Shown piece after piece: positions 13,185 through 26,530 of a DNA stretch of 64,000 bases. This stretch comes from Hypanus sabinus (lineage: Eukaryota), in NCBI RefSeq assembly GCF_030144855.1, contig NC_082736.1:6448001-6512000 (forward strand). The letters run 5' to 3'. The translations under genes were made by a program, and so were the position numbers. Position 1 is the first letter of the stretch, and every line of letters starts with the position of its first letter. The notes beneath the pieces are model-generated. The model ran no database searches and had not been told where the DNA came from. It saw only the letters and a list, made by a program, of their open reading frames with translations.

Positions 13185-16075
13185 GGTTTGTTAGAGCTGT
13201 TGGGGAGGGTATAAACTGATTTGTCAGGGGCGTGAGAACTGGCATGAAAGTACTTAGGATAGTACGGTTGGTAAAGAAAGAAAAGATAGCATGCAGTCAC
13301 ACTGTCAGGAAGAGCGAGCTGATGGTAGGACATAACTGCAGCCAGCAGAGGGATGCAGAATCAATAAGGGTAGCAAATCCAATACTTGAAGTGTTGTACC
13401 TCAATGCACAGCATATAAAAAATAAGGTGGATAATCTTATTGCCCTACTACAGATTGTCATGTATAATGTGATCATCATTGAATCACAGCTGAAAAATAT
13501 TTATAGTTGAGAGCTAAATGCCCAAGTTAGACATATCGGAGGGACAGGAAGGTAGGCAATGAGGATAGCATGGCTCTGCTGGTAAAGAATGGTATCAAAT
13601 CAGTAGGAAGATGAGCCATTGGATCGGAAGATGTTGAATCATTGTGAGCAGAGTTTAAAAAATCTGCAAGTGTGAAAGGACATTGATGCAGTTATAAACA
13701 GGCCGTCAACAGTTGTTTGGATGTGGACCACAGATTACAACAGGAAATGGAAAAGGCATGTCAGAAGGCAATGTTATTGGAGATTTCATGGGAGATTTCA
13801 ACAACCAGGTCAATTGGGAGAATCAGGTTGGAAATAGATCTCAAGAAAGTGAGTTTGTTGAATGCCTAAGAGATGGCTTTTTAGAACAATTTGTCGTTGA
13901 GCCTACGAGGGAATCAGCTATACTGGATTGTGTGTTATTTAATGAACAGCAGGCAATCAGGGAACTTAAGGTAAAAGAACCCTTAGGAGGCAGTGATCAC
14001 AGTATCATTGAGTTCAACTTGAGTCCAGGATAAGCGTATTCCAGAAACAAATAAATACTCAAATGGCAAAATAGTACAACTGTGGCTGAAAAGGAAGTCA
14101 AAGCTAATGTAAAACCAAAAGGGAGGGCATAAAACAAAGAAAAAAATAGAATACAGAGGATTGGGAAGCTTCTAACACCTTACAGAGAGCAACCTAAAGA
14201 GGATAAAGATTAAATATGCAAGCAAACTAGCAAATATTATCAAAGTGAATCGTTGAAGCTTTTTCAAGTATGTCAAACATAAAGGAGAGATGAGACTGGA
14301 TACTGGATTGCTAGAAAATCAGGCCAGAGGAAGAATAATGGGGTGGTGGGGGGGCGGGGGAAGGTGATGGCAGATGAACTAAATGAGTATTTGGCATCAG
14401 TGGAAGTTACTAGCCATGTGCCAGATGTTGAAGGGAGTGAGGGGAGAGAAGGGAGTTCAGTTATTATTATAAGGGAAAGGTGCTCAAAAAGCTGAAAGTC
14501 CTGAGGGTATATCAGTCACCTGGACCAGATGAACTGGACCCTAGGATTCTGACAGAGGTAGCGGTAGAGATTGTGGTGCCATTAGTAATGATCTTTCAAG
14601 ACGTATTGGACTCTGGCATGGTGCTAGGGGACTGGAAAATTGCAAATGTCACTCCACTCTTTAAGAAAGGAGGAAGGCGGCAGAAAGGAAATTATAGACC
14701 AGTTAGTCTGACTTCAGTGGTTGGGAAGATGCTGGAGTTAATTGTTAAAGATGAGGATATGGAGTATTGGAAAGACAGGACAAGAAAGGACAAAGTCAGC
14801 ATGGATTCCTTCAGGGGAAATCTTGAATGATGAACCTGTTGGAATGCTTTGAGATTACACGCAGGATAAATAAAGGGGATGCAATGGATGTCATATATTT
14901 GGACTTTCAAAAGGCCTTTGACAAGGTGCCACACATGAGGCTGCTTACCAAGTTAATAGCCCATGGTATTACAGGAAAGTTACTGGCGTGGTTAGAACAT
15001 TGGCTGATTGGTAGAAGGCAGCATGTCAGCAAGTGGGAATAAAAGGATCCTTTCTGGTTGGCTGCCAGTGAGTAGTGGTGTTCCGCAGGGGTCGGTGTTG
15101 GGACCACTTCTGTTTATGCTGTTTATCAATGATTTAAACGATGGTATAGATGGATTTGTTGCAAGTTTGCAGATGACAATAAGGGCAGGTACTGTTCAGG
15201 AAACAGGTAGGCTGCAGAAGTACTTTGACAGATTAGGAGAATTGGCAAGACAATGGCAAAGGAAATACAATGTTGGAAAATACATGGTCGTGCACTTTGG
15301 TAGTAAAAATACACGTACAGACTATTTTCCAAATAGGGAGAAAATCCAAACATCTGAGATGCAAAGGGACCTGGAGTCTTCGTGCAAACCAGCCAAAAAA
15401 TAACTTGCAGGTACAGTCGGAGGTGAGGAATGCCAAAGCAATGTTAGCATTCACATCAAGCGGTTAGAATACAAGAGCAGGGATGTGATGCTGAGACTTT
15501 ATAAGGCATTGGTGAGGCCTCACCTTGAGGATTGTGAAGCGTTATGGGCTCCTCATCCAAGAAAAGATGTACTGGCACTGCAAAGGGTTCAGAAGAAGTT
15601 CACAAGGGTGATTCTGGGAATGAAACGGTTATCATACGAGGAACATTTGATAGCTCTGGGTCTGGACTCGCTGGAATTTCGAAGGATGGGGGGGGGGGGG
15701 AAATCTCATTTCAAATGCTGAAAGGCCTAGACTGAGTACATGTGGAAAGGATGCTTCCTATGGTGGGGGAGTCTAGGACGAGAAGACACAATCTCAGGAT
15801 AGAAGGTTGTCCATTTGAAACAGAAATGCAGAGAGATTCTTTAGTCAGAGGGTGGTGAATTAATGCAATTTATATCCACAGGCTGCTGTGGAGGCTATGT
15901 CCTTGGGTCTACTTAAGGCAGAGCTTGATAGGCTCATGATTGGACACGGCATCAAGGTTTGCAAGGACAAGACCAGGGAGTGGGGATGCAAAGGGAAAAA
16001 AGGGTCAGCCATGATTGAATGGGAGTAGACTCGACGGGCCAAATATCCTAATTCTGCTGCTATGCTGTACGGCCT
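13185..16075 (+). mobile_element. Near-complete CR1 ORF2 (APE endonuclease + RT), decayed
   Basis: 'VLYLNAQ', 'MGDFN', 'LGGSDH', 'NYRPVSLTSVVGK', 'YLDFQKAFDKVPH', 'SGVPQGSVLGPLLF' and 3' UTR, with many frameshifts. Confidence 0.92.
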
Positions 16076-16187
16076 TACTCAGTAAATCCAAGAACCACAA
16101 CAGAAAGACGCACCCAACAGGGTGGCCAAATCACCAATGTGCAAACGACAATAAATTGTGTAAATACAAGAGAGAAAATAATAATAT

Positions 16188-16438
16188 TGTGGTGACCCAC
16201 TTCCCAGCTCTCTCGAACCGGCTCACAAAGTGGCGAGCACCGGCATTGAGGCTGGTCCCAAAGAGGGCACCAAGCCTGCTTCACCAACAAGGGGAAAAGC
16301 CCGAGCACGGGATGGGACTGAGCGCGGGAACCGGAAGGCTTTAAAGCGAGGCCGTGCAGCTTGAATAAACATCTTTTGCAACTGCAGCTCACTGACTATG
16401 TGTCGTTATTTCAGCGCTGCGTGTAGAACACCGCTACA
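16188..16438 (+). repeat. 5' LTR
   Basis: tgtggtgacccacttcccagc...caccgctaca. Matches the 3' LTR apart from an internal deletion. Confidence 0.95.
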
Positions 16439-16440
16439 AT

Positions 16441-16454
16441 TGGTGACCCCGACG
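16441..16454 (+). other. Primer binding site complementary to the tRNA-Trp 3' end
   Basis: tggtgaccccgacg is the reverse complement of CGTCGGGGTCA-CCA and lies 2 nt after the 5' LTR. Confidence 0.9.
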
Positions 16455-19400
16455 GCCCAAACGATATTTGGACCGGAGATGAACGACGCCACATCGGTTC
16501 CTGCATTTTCATTAAAACTGCCAAGCTTCAGGACGCTGCGACCTCACCTATGGTTTCAGCAAGCAGAAGCCCAATTCCACATTCGGCAGATAAACTCGGA
16601 TGCCACTTGTTACTACCACGTGGTGAGCTCCCTCGACCAGGAGACAGCCGCTCAGGTTGAGGAGTTCATACAGTCGCCCCTGGAGGAGGACAAATACACA
16701 GAATTCAAAGCCCTGGTCATAAGGACTTTCGGACTCTCACGACGGGAGCAAGCTGTCCACTTACTGCACCTGGATGGCTTGGGGGACAGGCCACCGTCAG
16801 CTTTGGTGAACGAGATGCTGTCCCTGGCCGGAGGTCACAAGCCCAGCCTCATGTTTGAGCAGGCGTTCCTGGAGCAGCTGCCTGAGGACATACGTCTGCT
16901 GCTGTCTAACGTGGATTTCAGTGACCCCCACCACCCCCCCGGAAGGTGGCGGCCTAGGCAGACGTGCTGTGGAAAGCCAAGGAGAGTGGGACGTCCGTCG
17001 CACAGATCACCAGGCCAGGCTCCCAGCAGCAGACCAGACCGGGCCTGGCCGCAGAGCCCACTAACCCCAGAGGCAGGGGTGAGGAGACCAACGGACAATG
17101 GTGCTTCTACCACCAGCGGTGGGGCGCAGAAGCCCGTCGCTGTAGCCCGCCCTGCAAGTTCCCAGGGAATGCCACATAGAGACATGGTATCAGAATAGCC
17201 TCCTGCATGTCTGGGACAAGCAGTCGGGACGCTGCATTTTGGTTGACACCGGAGCCAACATCAGCGTCTTACCTCCGACGTGTTACGACACCCGCCACAG
17301 AGAATCGGGTCCCACCCTGAGGGCCGCGAATGGCAGCACAGTAAGGACCTACGGCAGCCATACGGTGCAGCTACACACTGGCCACCGTAGCCCAACCGCT
17401 CCTGGGAGCAGATTTTTTGCGAGCTCACAGCCTACTGGTCAACCTGCCAAGGAAGAGACTGGTCCACGCTGAGACTTTTCAAACGTTCTCCCTGGGTGAA
17501 GCCCAGTTGCCGGCCCCACACATCGACTCCATCACGCTGTCTGACAATGACTTCACCAGAGTCCTGGCAGGTTTCCCATCGGTTCTGGTGCCGAAGTTCA
17601 CGGCAGCCATGCCCAGACACGGCATACAGCACCACATCCCGATACAAGGACCACCCCGTCCTCGAAGGCTTCCCCCAGACAAGCTCCGACTGGCAAAGGA
17701 GGAGTTCAAGAGGATGGAGGAATTGGGGATCATACAGCGGTCCGACAGCCCATGGGCCTCCCCCCTGCACATGGTGCCCAAAGCAACAGGGGGCTGGAGA
17801 CCACGCGGCAACTACCGCAGGCTGAACGAAGCTACAACACCGGACCGCTACCCTGTGCCGCACATTCAGGACTTTGCAGCAAACCTGCACGGCACACGGA
17901 TCTTTTCCGAGGTAGACCTCGTCCGGGGACACCATCAGATCCTCATGCATCCGGACGACGTCCCCAAAATGGCACTCATCACCCCTTTCAGCCTTTTCGA
18001 ATTCCTCCGCATGCCGTTCGGCCTAAAGAATGCCGCACAGACGTTTCAGCGGTTAATGGATGCGGTGGAACGCGACCTGGACTTCGCTTTCATCTATTTG
18101 GATGACATCCTCATAGCCAGCAGTAGTCGTCAGGAGCATCTGTCCCACCTTCATCAACTCTACACCCGACCGAGTGATTACGGCCAAATGCCAGTTCGGA
18201 TCGACACCTTCGTCTTCCTGGGCCACAGGATTACTAAAGACGGGGCAACCCCTCTGCCCGCCAAGATAGACGCGGTCCGTCATTTCCCCCAAACCAACAT
18301 AATCAAAGGCCTTCAGGAATTTGTGGGTATGGTAAATTTCTACCACCGCTTCCTCCCTTCAGCAGCCTGAATCATGTGCCCCCTGTTCGCCCTGATGTCA
18401 GATAAGGGCAAGGACATGACCTGGGATGAGGAGTCCGCCGCCGCTTTCATTAAAACCAAAGAAGCCTTGGCAAACGCCGCGATGCTAGTGCACCCCAGAA
18501 TGGACGTCCCTACCGCCCTCACAGTGGCGCATCTAACACGATGGAGTCGATGGAGTGCTGGAACAACTCATCGAGGGTCGCAGGAAACCCCTGGCGTTTT
18601 TCCGCAAACACCTATGACCACCCAAGCTCAAATACAGTGCTTTCGACCGGGAACTGTTGGCGTGATAACCTGGCAATCTGGCATTTCAGGTACTTCTTAG
18701 AAGGGAGGCCCTTTACCGCGTTCACGGACCACAACCCTCTTACGTTTGTGTTCACAAAAGCATCCGACCGATGGTCGTCCCACCAGCAGCAACATCTGTC
18801 CTACATCTCCGAATGCATGATGGGTGTCCAGCATGTCTCGGGAAAGGACAATGTCGTTGCAGACGCCCTAACATCCAAGCCCTGTCCTGCGGGTAGACTA
18901 TGAAGCGCTGGAGGAGGCACAGCAGGCAGACGAGAAGATCCCTAGTTACAGAACCGCAGTCTCCGGTTTGCAGCTCCAAGACCTCCCTGCAGGACCAGGT
19001 GAGAGGACCCTACTCTGTAAGGTCGCCACTGGCCAACCCCGCCCCTTCGTCCTGGCAGTGGCACATTTTCATCTCCATCCACAACTTAGCTCACCCCTCC
19101 ATCTGGTCAACCGTCTGGATGGTTGCCAACAGGTTCATTTGGCACGGACTCCGCCAGCCGGTCAGTGAATGGGCCAAAACGTGAATGCACTGCCAAACAG
19201 CCAAGGCTGAGTGGCACACCAAACCCCTGCCGCAGCAGTTCCACCCCACCCGGCGGTGTTTCAACCACATTCATGTGGATATCGTGGGCCCCTGCCAGTG
19301 TCGCGAGGAGCGTGGCACCTCCAGACTATCGTGGACAGGTTCACAAGATGGCCAGAGGCAGTCCCGCTCGCCGACACCACCTCCGAATCTTGCGCCCGAG

Positions 19401-20134
19401 CACTGATTGCAACCTGGGTATCTCACTTGGGTGTACCGGCCCACATTACCTCCAACAGAGGCGCCCAGTTCACCTCCAGCCTGTGCTCAGCTATGCCCAG
19501 CCTTTTGGGGACACAGCTGCAAAACACAACTGCCTACCACCCACAAGCGAACGGACTAGTGGAGCGTTTCCATCTGAAATCAGCTCTCATGGCCCGCCTC
19601 AAAGGGCCTAACTGGGTGGACGAGCTTCCCTGGTTCCTGCTCGGAATCCGCACGGCGCCCAAAGAAGATCTGCATACCTCGTCGGCTGAGTTGGTGCACG
19701 GCGGACCCCTGGTCATCCCAGGAGAGTTCATACCAGCCCCAAGGGGGCAAGAGGAAGAACCCGCAGCAGTCCTGGGCAGACTACGCGAGGCTTGGTAACC
19801 TGGCCCACATACCCACTTCACAGCATGGGCAGAACCCGACCTGCGTTCCCAACGACCTGCAAAACTGTAACTGTGTTTTTGTACGACAGGGTGGACACTG
19901 GGCACCGCTACAGCGGCCCTATGAGGGGCCGTTTACGGTGTTCAGAAACAACGGGTCCACATTCGTGCTGGACGTTGTGGGGAGAGAGGAGGTTTTCACG
20001 GTGGACCAACTCCAACTGGCCCATGTGAACTTGGCGCAGCCGGTCGAGATTCAGGCACCGCGGCGCAGAGGCAGACCATCCAAACAGACTGAGGACATTG
20101 TGGGGTGTATCGCCGGTTCTCTGGGGGGCGTTTA

Positions 20135-20420
20135 TGTGGCGACCCACTTCCCAGCGCACTCGAACTGGCTCACAAAGTTGTGAGCGCGGGCATTGAGGCC
20201 GGTCCCAAAAAGGGCACCAAGCCTGCTTCACCAGCAAGAGGAAGAGCCCGCACGCGGGACAGGTCTGTGAATATGCGCCCCCTACAGTATTCCCGCTCGG
20301 GGAGGGCAGGAACAGGAAGGCTTTTAAGCGAGGCCGCCAAGTTTGAATAAACCTCTTTTGCAACTGCAGCTTACCGACTACGTGTCTTTATTTCAGCGCT
20401 GCGTGTAGCACACCACTACA
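20135..20420 (+). repeat. 3' LTR
   Basis: tgtggcgacccacttcccagc...caccactaca, preceded by a G-rich PPT-like tract. Confidence 0.95.
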
Positions 20421-20949
20421 ATATAGTCATAATTAAATAAATAGAGAACATGACATGCAGAATACTTGAAAGTGAAGTGATAGATTGTGGGAAACAGTTC
20501 AGTGGTGAGTTAAGTGAAGTTAAATAGAGTTATCTCCACTGGTTCTGGTTTAAAGTGACACCAGTGAATCTCTTTTTCTGGTAAACAAATAGCCTGTAAC
20601 TTTCCTATCAACTTGGACGCAATTTCATGTGGCAGAACCAATGTGAGGAAGACCCAAAGTACGGTTGGTTTAAACTCCAGGCTGAAATGGCAAAGTCAGG
20701 TACAGGCCAAATCGAGGTGGTGGGTATCAGGCCCCAGATCGTATCAAAGCGACTGAACCCAATGTTTGGACGACGATTTAGACGCAGGGCCAGAATGAAA
20801 AGATCAGGTTGTTCTGCCCGAGGCCAGGGACAAAAGAAATTTAATGATAGGATCAGCTTGCATAAACAAAAAGCATAAACAATTTCAGAGTAGCCAATAT
20901 CACATTGCATGGGCAACGTCAACTCTTGCAAACTTGGCCGAATGTTTTA

Positions 20950-21930
20950 AGTGACAGACTCGACTGATGAGAGCTGGGTAGTGGGTATAGGACACAAGGA
21001 CTTTGGTAAAGTTTTCAACAAGAGTCCCCATGGTGGGCTGATCCACAGCATGGAAGCACATCGCTCAAAAGAAATCTGATTGAGTATATTCAAAATGTAC
21101 TCAATCAGAGAACACAGAAGGTAATGGTTGAGGGGTGTGATTCTGACTGGACACCTGTGAAGAGTGGGCCCCACAAGAAATTCTGCTTTTTGTGAAATGA
21201 TTTGGATGAAAACGAAGGAGGGCTGATTTGTTGGTCTGCAGAGACACAGAAATTGGTGCAGTTATGGATCGTGAGGAAAGTTGCCAAAGAATTCAGCAGA
21301 ACATAGACCGGCTGGAAATGTGGGCAGAGAAATGAGAGATAAGTCGGTGTACTCTGGGAAGTCAAATGTCAGAGGATTTCTTTGGAATTCCTCTCCCCAT
21401 CAGAGTGGCTGGAATTACAGTTACGGCAGTGACATGCTCCACCTCAGGATGTCGGAGTCACTCAGTGTCCCCGATAACTTCACATGGGGGAAGTGCACCG
21501 AGGTGCAGCTCCTGACTGCCCGTGTGAAGGAAATGAAGATGGAGATGGACAGACCGAGAGTTTCCAGGATGCTGAGACCAGAGGTTCAGTGAGTTGGTCA
21601 CACTTGAGGGCAGGATGCAGACTGTTGTGTGACCATCACGACGGAAAGGGGAAGAGATAGACAGAGTAATGTCTGCCTGTGGCCGTGACCCTCAGCAACA
21701 AGTAGACTCCTTTGGATACCCCTGGGATGACGAACCAGAGACAGCAGCACGCCAGGTCGGTGGTACTGAGACCCCAGACCGATGCTCCGCGGGAGGAATG
21801 GTCAAGCAGAGCAGTGATGACAGCAGACTCACAGTACAGGGGATGTGCAGGAGATTCTGTGGCAGCAACAGAGATGACACGATGGTCTGTTGTCTTCTGG
21901 CTACTGGGGTCAGGTTCGTCTCAGATGTGA
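20950..21930 (+). mobile_element. Degenerate CR1 ORF2 and ORF1 fragments
   Basis: ORF1-like 'SVPDNFTWGKCTEVQLLTARVKEM' and 'RRFCGSNRDDTMVCCLLATGVRFVS'. Confidence 0.7.
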
Positions 21931-22059
21931 AGGATTTCCTAAAGATAAACTTGCCAGTCGAGTCAGTGGTCAGTGGTTAGAACAAAGGTAAGGAGCAAAT
22001 TCCTTGGAAAAAGCTAGTGAATCTGTGCTGCCTATGTCAGGATGTTGTTCAGTGACAAG

Positions 22060-22725
22060 AGATCAGCATTTAACACCTTCATTTCCACAGTCCTGATCAA
22101 TAAGCAATGGAACCTGGTCCCTCTGCAAATGGATCCTCGACTTCCTAACTGGGAGAATACAATCTGTGCGGATTAGTGATAATCCACACAGATTGTTCAT
22201 GGAGATGGGCTAACCCCTATGGACATCAATGGATCTGGGGTTGAGAAGGTAAACAGCTTTAAATTCCTCGACATCAACATATCCGAGGATCTCACGTGGT
22301 CTATACGTACCTGCTGAGTGGTGGAAAAGGCACAACAGCACCTCGTACACCGCAGACAACTGAGGAAGTTTGCTCTGGGCCCCCAAATCCTAAGAACTTT
22401 CTACAGGGGCACAACTGGGAGCATCCCGACTGGCTGCATCACTGCCTAGTATGGGAACTGTACTTCCCTCAATCGCAGGACTCTGCAGAGTGTGTTGCGG
22501 ACAGACCAGCGCATCTGTAGTTGTGAGCTTCCCATCATTCAGGACAGTTTCAAAGACAGGTGTGAGAAAAGGGCCTGAAGGATCATTGTGGACCCAAGTC
22601 ACCCCAAGCACAATCTATTCCAGCAGCAACCATCTTTATATATTAGCATGTCCTGCATTGAACTGCTGCTGCTAAATTAACAAATTTCCTGACACCTGCC
22701 GGTGGTAATAAACCTGATTCTGGTC
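22060..22725 (+). mobile_element. Old Rex/Babar-like LINE 3' fragment
   Basis: gcatttaacacc, tggatcctcgacttcctaactggg and gtaaacagctttaaattcctc RT remnants. 3' end aataaacctgattctg. Confidence 0.7.
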
Positions 22726-23637
22726 CTGACTCTGAATTCATCCCCTCAGACGGATGTGACCGATTCATTGGGTACATTGAATGTGGAGGTTCTCGATTGT
22801 GGGGGGGGGGGGGGGGGGGATGGGATAAGAGTGTTTCAGAGGGTTAAGAGATCGGTCATGATCTCTTACACCTGGCAGAATGGGGCAGCAGACTGGATGG
22901 GCCAAATGGCCTAATTCTGCTGCTGTGTCTTATGGTCCGATGGTCTCGGAGCAGCTGCAGGACATTTCAAAGGGAAGGTTGAGCAGCCGGACGTCCTGGT
23001 GGACGGTGCATGTTGGTAATAGCAATGTAGGGATACGAGGGTTGTGTCCTGTGCAGTGAATTTAGAGAAATCAGACAGAAACTAAGACGTGACAGGGTGG
23101 AGGTTGAAAGGGAATCTGAAGGGTGAGTTGATGGAGGTGGATAAAATTACGTGAGGCATACAAAAGTTAGAGAGTCAGAGACTGTTTCCCGTGGTGTGGC
23201 TGTCTAAAGCTATAGTTGTAAGGTGACAGGGGGGTAGTTTAAAGAGGATCTGAAGGGTAAATATTTGACACAGAGAATAGCTGGTATCCCGAATGAGCTG
23301 CCAGATGAGGTGGTGGAGGAAAAAAAAACAAAGTCTCTGTTGATGAACACTTCCCAGGAACCTGTCATTACTGTGTTCATCCTGTCCTGGTTTAACGTCC
23401 CGGTGCTGGGTCCGTTGTTGTTTTGCATCTGTATAAACGATCTGGATGAGAATGTGGTAAACTGGATCAGCAAGTTTGCAGATGACAACAAGATTAGGGG
23501 TATGATGGACAGCAAAGGCGGCTAGCAAATCTTGAAGTGGGAAGTGAACCAGCTTGCAAAATGAAGTTGGTTACAATCTGGAACACACTGCCTGAGGGAG
23601 AGGTGCAGGCTGGTATTTAAGGAACATCTGGCTGAAC

Positions 23638-25606
23638 ATTTGAATCACTAGGTCAGGGTAGGAGACAGACCAAGTGCTGAGTTAATGGAGACAGATTCTC
23701 GATGGTCAGTATAGACATGCAGAAACCACTGACTGTGAAAGTTCAGTGGGAACCTGGAACACAGAACTTCAGGATGGACTTACCTAAAATACTCAGAATT
23801 AATGAATTAGGGTTAATAGTGAATCAAACACCTCAAAAGGCTATCAAAATGCACCAATTCCCTGTTCACCAGTAACAGGACTTTTAAATTGGAATTCGGT
23901 GAAGAACACTCGTTAATAGCAGGAGAGATGGAGGTCACAATGGAAGGGTGTAAATATCTTCTCAGAGGATAAGGGGTTCAGTGGAACAAGCTCACAGCTG
24001 AGTATGAAGGTAACAAACCCCACAGCAGTGGAGGACTGCTGTTGCCAGGGTTGGCCAGGATAGAAACAGACCCTCTGGCCCATCACATTTATGCTCCCCA
24101 TCATGCACAGCTATTCTAATCCCACTTTCCTGCATTAGTTTCATATCCCTCCAGGCCTTGCTCACTGAACTGCCTGTGCATGTATCTCTAATACTGTTAC
24201 ACAGTTCCCTGTATGTGGCATCACAGGTAGACAGGGTTGTGTGTTCTACTTTCCTTATCAGCCAAAGAACTGCCTCTCATTGGAATTGCACAAAACTGTT
24301 TAAAGACAGATTTAAAGGGGATCTGAAGGGTACATACTTCACACAGAGAATAGCTGCTATCCTAAATCAGCTGCCGGAGGAGGTGTGGGGGCAGAAACCC
24401 GCAAAGTCTATGTTCATTAAACCTTCCCAGGAACCTGACATTCACTGCGTACATCCTGCCCTGGTTGAACCGCCCAGAATAGAGTCAGTGATTTATACAG
24501 AACTGAAACCGTCCCTTCGGTAAAACTCATCGAGGCCGACCAAGTTGTCGACCTGAACTCGTCCCATCCGCCTGCAGTAGGCCCGTGTCCCTCTCAACCT
24601 TTCCTATCCATGTAACTGTGCAAATATGGTTTAAATATTGTACCTGAGGCAGAGAGCCGGTGCGGTGAGGCGCTGACAGACACTCACTGTTCCGAGGGCA
24701 GGAAGAGGAGAGGCCGATTCCCACAGTGGAGCCGAAACGCAAAGTGGAGACCGACTCCACTTTACCACAACCCCGTGTCCACCATTCCGGACCGTTCCCT
24801 AGGGAACGACGTCGGTGACGATCGGACCTCTGTGGCGTCTTCTTCTCGTCATTATCGCCACACGGCGTCATCGCAACACGGTGTCACGTGACGGGAGGCG
24901 GGGTCAGAGAGAACTGTCAATCAGTGGTGCCACTGAGAAACTGCGAGCATTGGAACTCAGTGGGTACAGAGGGGCATTTCCGGGAACAGTGACCCCACCC
25001 TCACCCACGGGAATTGAGTGTGTTATAGACAGTAATATTCACATTTTAATTTGACTTTTCGGTCTTATAAATAGTTAATGTTTGTATTTTGTATAATCTT
25101 GTGTATATAATTTTTTATAATTTGGGGTGAAATAACGTTGTATCTGGATTACTGGACCTCTGCATGAAAACAGAACGTTATGGAAAAATAAGTCAAAGTC
25201 AACATTTTAATCCAAATTAAGTTAATAGAAACGTAGAAAACCTCCAGCACAATACAGACCCTTCAGCCCACAAAGTTGTGCTGAACATGTCCCTACCTTA
25301 GAAGTTACTAGGCTTACCCAAAGCCCTCGAAGCTCCATGTACCTCCATGGACATAGCTTTTTCTAAGCTCCATGTACCTATCTGAAAGTCTTTTAAAAGT
25401 CCCTATCTTATCCGCCTCCACCACCGTTGCCAGCAGCCCATTCCAAGCACTCACCACTCTCTGAATGTAAAAACTTGCCACTGACATCTCCTCAGTACCT
25501 ACTCCCCAGCACCTTAAACCTGTGTCCACTTGTGGCAGCCATTTCAGTCCTGGAAAAAGCCTCTGACTATCCACACAATCAATGCCTCTCATCATCTTAT
25601 ACACCT
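23638..25606. repeat. Segmental duplication A, inverted copy of 44320-45843
   Basis: Non-TE sequence and TE junctions align in reverse complement, e.g. 23660 agacagaccaagtgctgagttaatggagacagattctcgatgg vs about 45775-45815. Confidence 0.92.
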
Positions 25607-26530
25607 CTATCAGGACACCTCTCATCCTCTGCTGCTCCAAGTATAAAAGGCCAAGTTCACTCAACCTATTCTCATAAGGCATGCTCCCCAATCCAAGCAT
25701 CATCCTTGTAAATCTCACCTGAACCATTTCTATGGTTTCCAAATCCTTCCTGTAGTGAGACGAGCAGAATTGAGCACAATACTCCAAGTGGGATCTGTCC
25801 AGGATCTTATATAGCTGCAACAATACCTCTCAGCTCCAAAGCTCAATCCTACGATTAATGAATATCAAGGCACCATATGCCTTCTTAACCACAACGTCAG
25901 ACTGCTTAGCATCTTTTAGTGTCCTGTGGATTCAGACCTCTGATCCTCCACACTGCCAAGAGTCTTATCATTAATGCTACATTCTACCATCATATTCGAA
26001 CTACCAAAATGAACCACATCATACCTTCCTGCCACTTCTCAGCCCAGATTTGCATCCTATCAATGTCCCGGTGTTACCTCTGACAGCACTCCACACTATC
26101 CACAACACCACCAACCTTTTATGTTATCAGCAGATTCGCTAACACATCCCTCCACTTCCTCATCCAGGTCATTTATAAAAATCACAAAGAGTAGGGGTCC
26201 CAGTACATATCTCTGGGGCACACCACTGTTCATCAGCCTCCATGTAGAATATACCAACTCTATAACCACTCTTTGCCTTCTGTGGGCAAACCAGTTCTGG
26301 ATCCACAAAGCAACGTCCCCTTGGATTACATGCCTCCTTACTTTCTCAATGTGCCTTGCATTGTGTTCCTTATCGAATGCCTTGCTGAATTCCATATACT
26401 CTACATCTACGGCTCTGCCTTCATCACTGTGTGCAGTCACATCCTCAAAAAATTCAACCAGGCTCGTAAGGCACAACCTGCCTTTCACAAAGCCATGCTG
26501 AATATTCCTAATCATATGATGCCTTCATAA
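25225..26530 (-). mobile_element. CR1 LINE 3' half
   Basis: Minus ORFs 'QHGFVKGRLCLTSLVEFFE...FSKAFDK' and 'LQLYKILDRSHLEYCAQF'. Confidence 0.9.

Larger units (their letters stand above)
16188..20420 (+). mobile_element. Full-length Ty3/Gypsy LTR retrotransposon (CsRn1-like), gag-pol disrupted
   Basis: TG..CA LTRs at 16188-16438 and 20135-20420 with TSD atat on both sides. Gag 'WFQQAEAQF' and 'CFYHQRWGAEARRCSPPC', protease 'VDTGA', RT 'YLDD', RNase H 'FTDHNPL', integrase 'AYHPQANGLVERFH'. Confidence 0.97.

Noticed and set aside
16398-19798. Possible domesticated or active gag-pol gene
   Set aside because: Multiple frameshifts and stops in gag, protease, RT/RNase H and integrase
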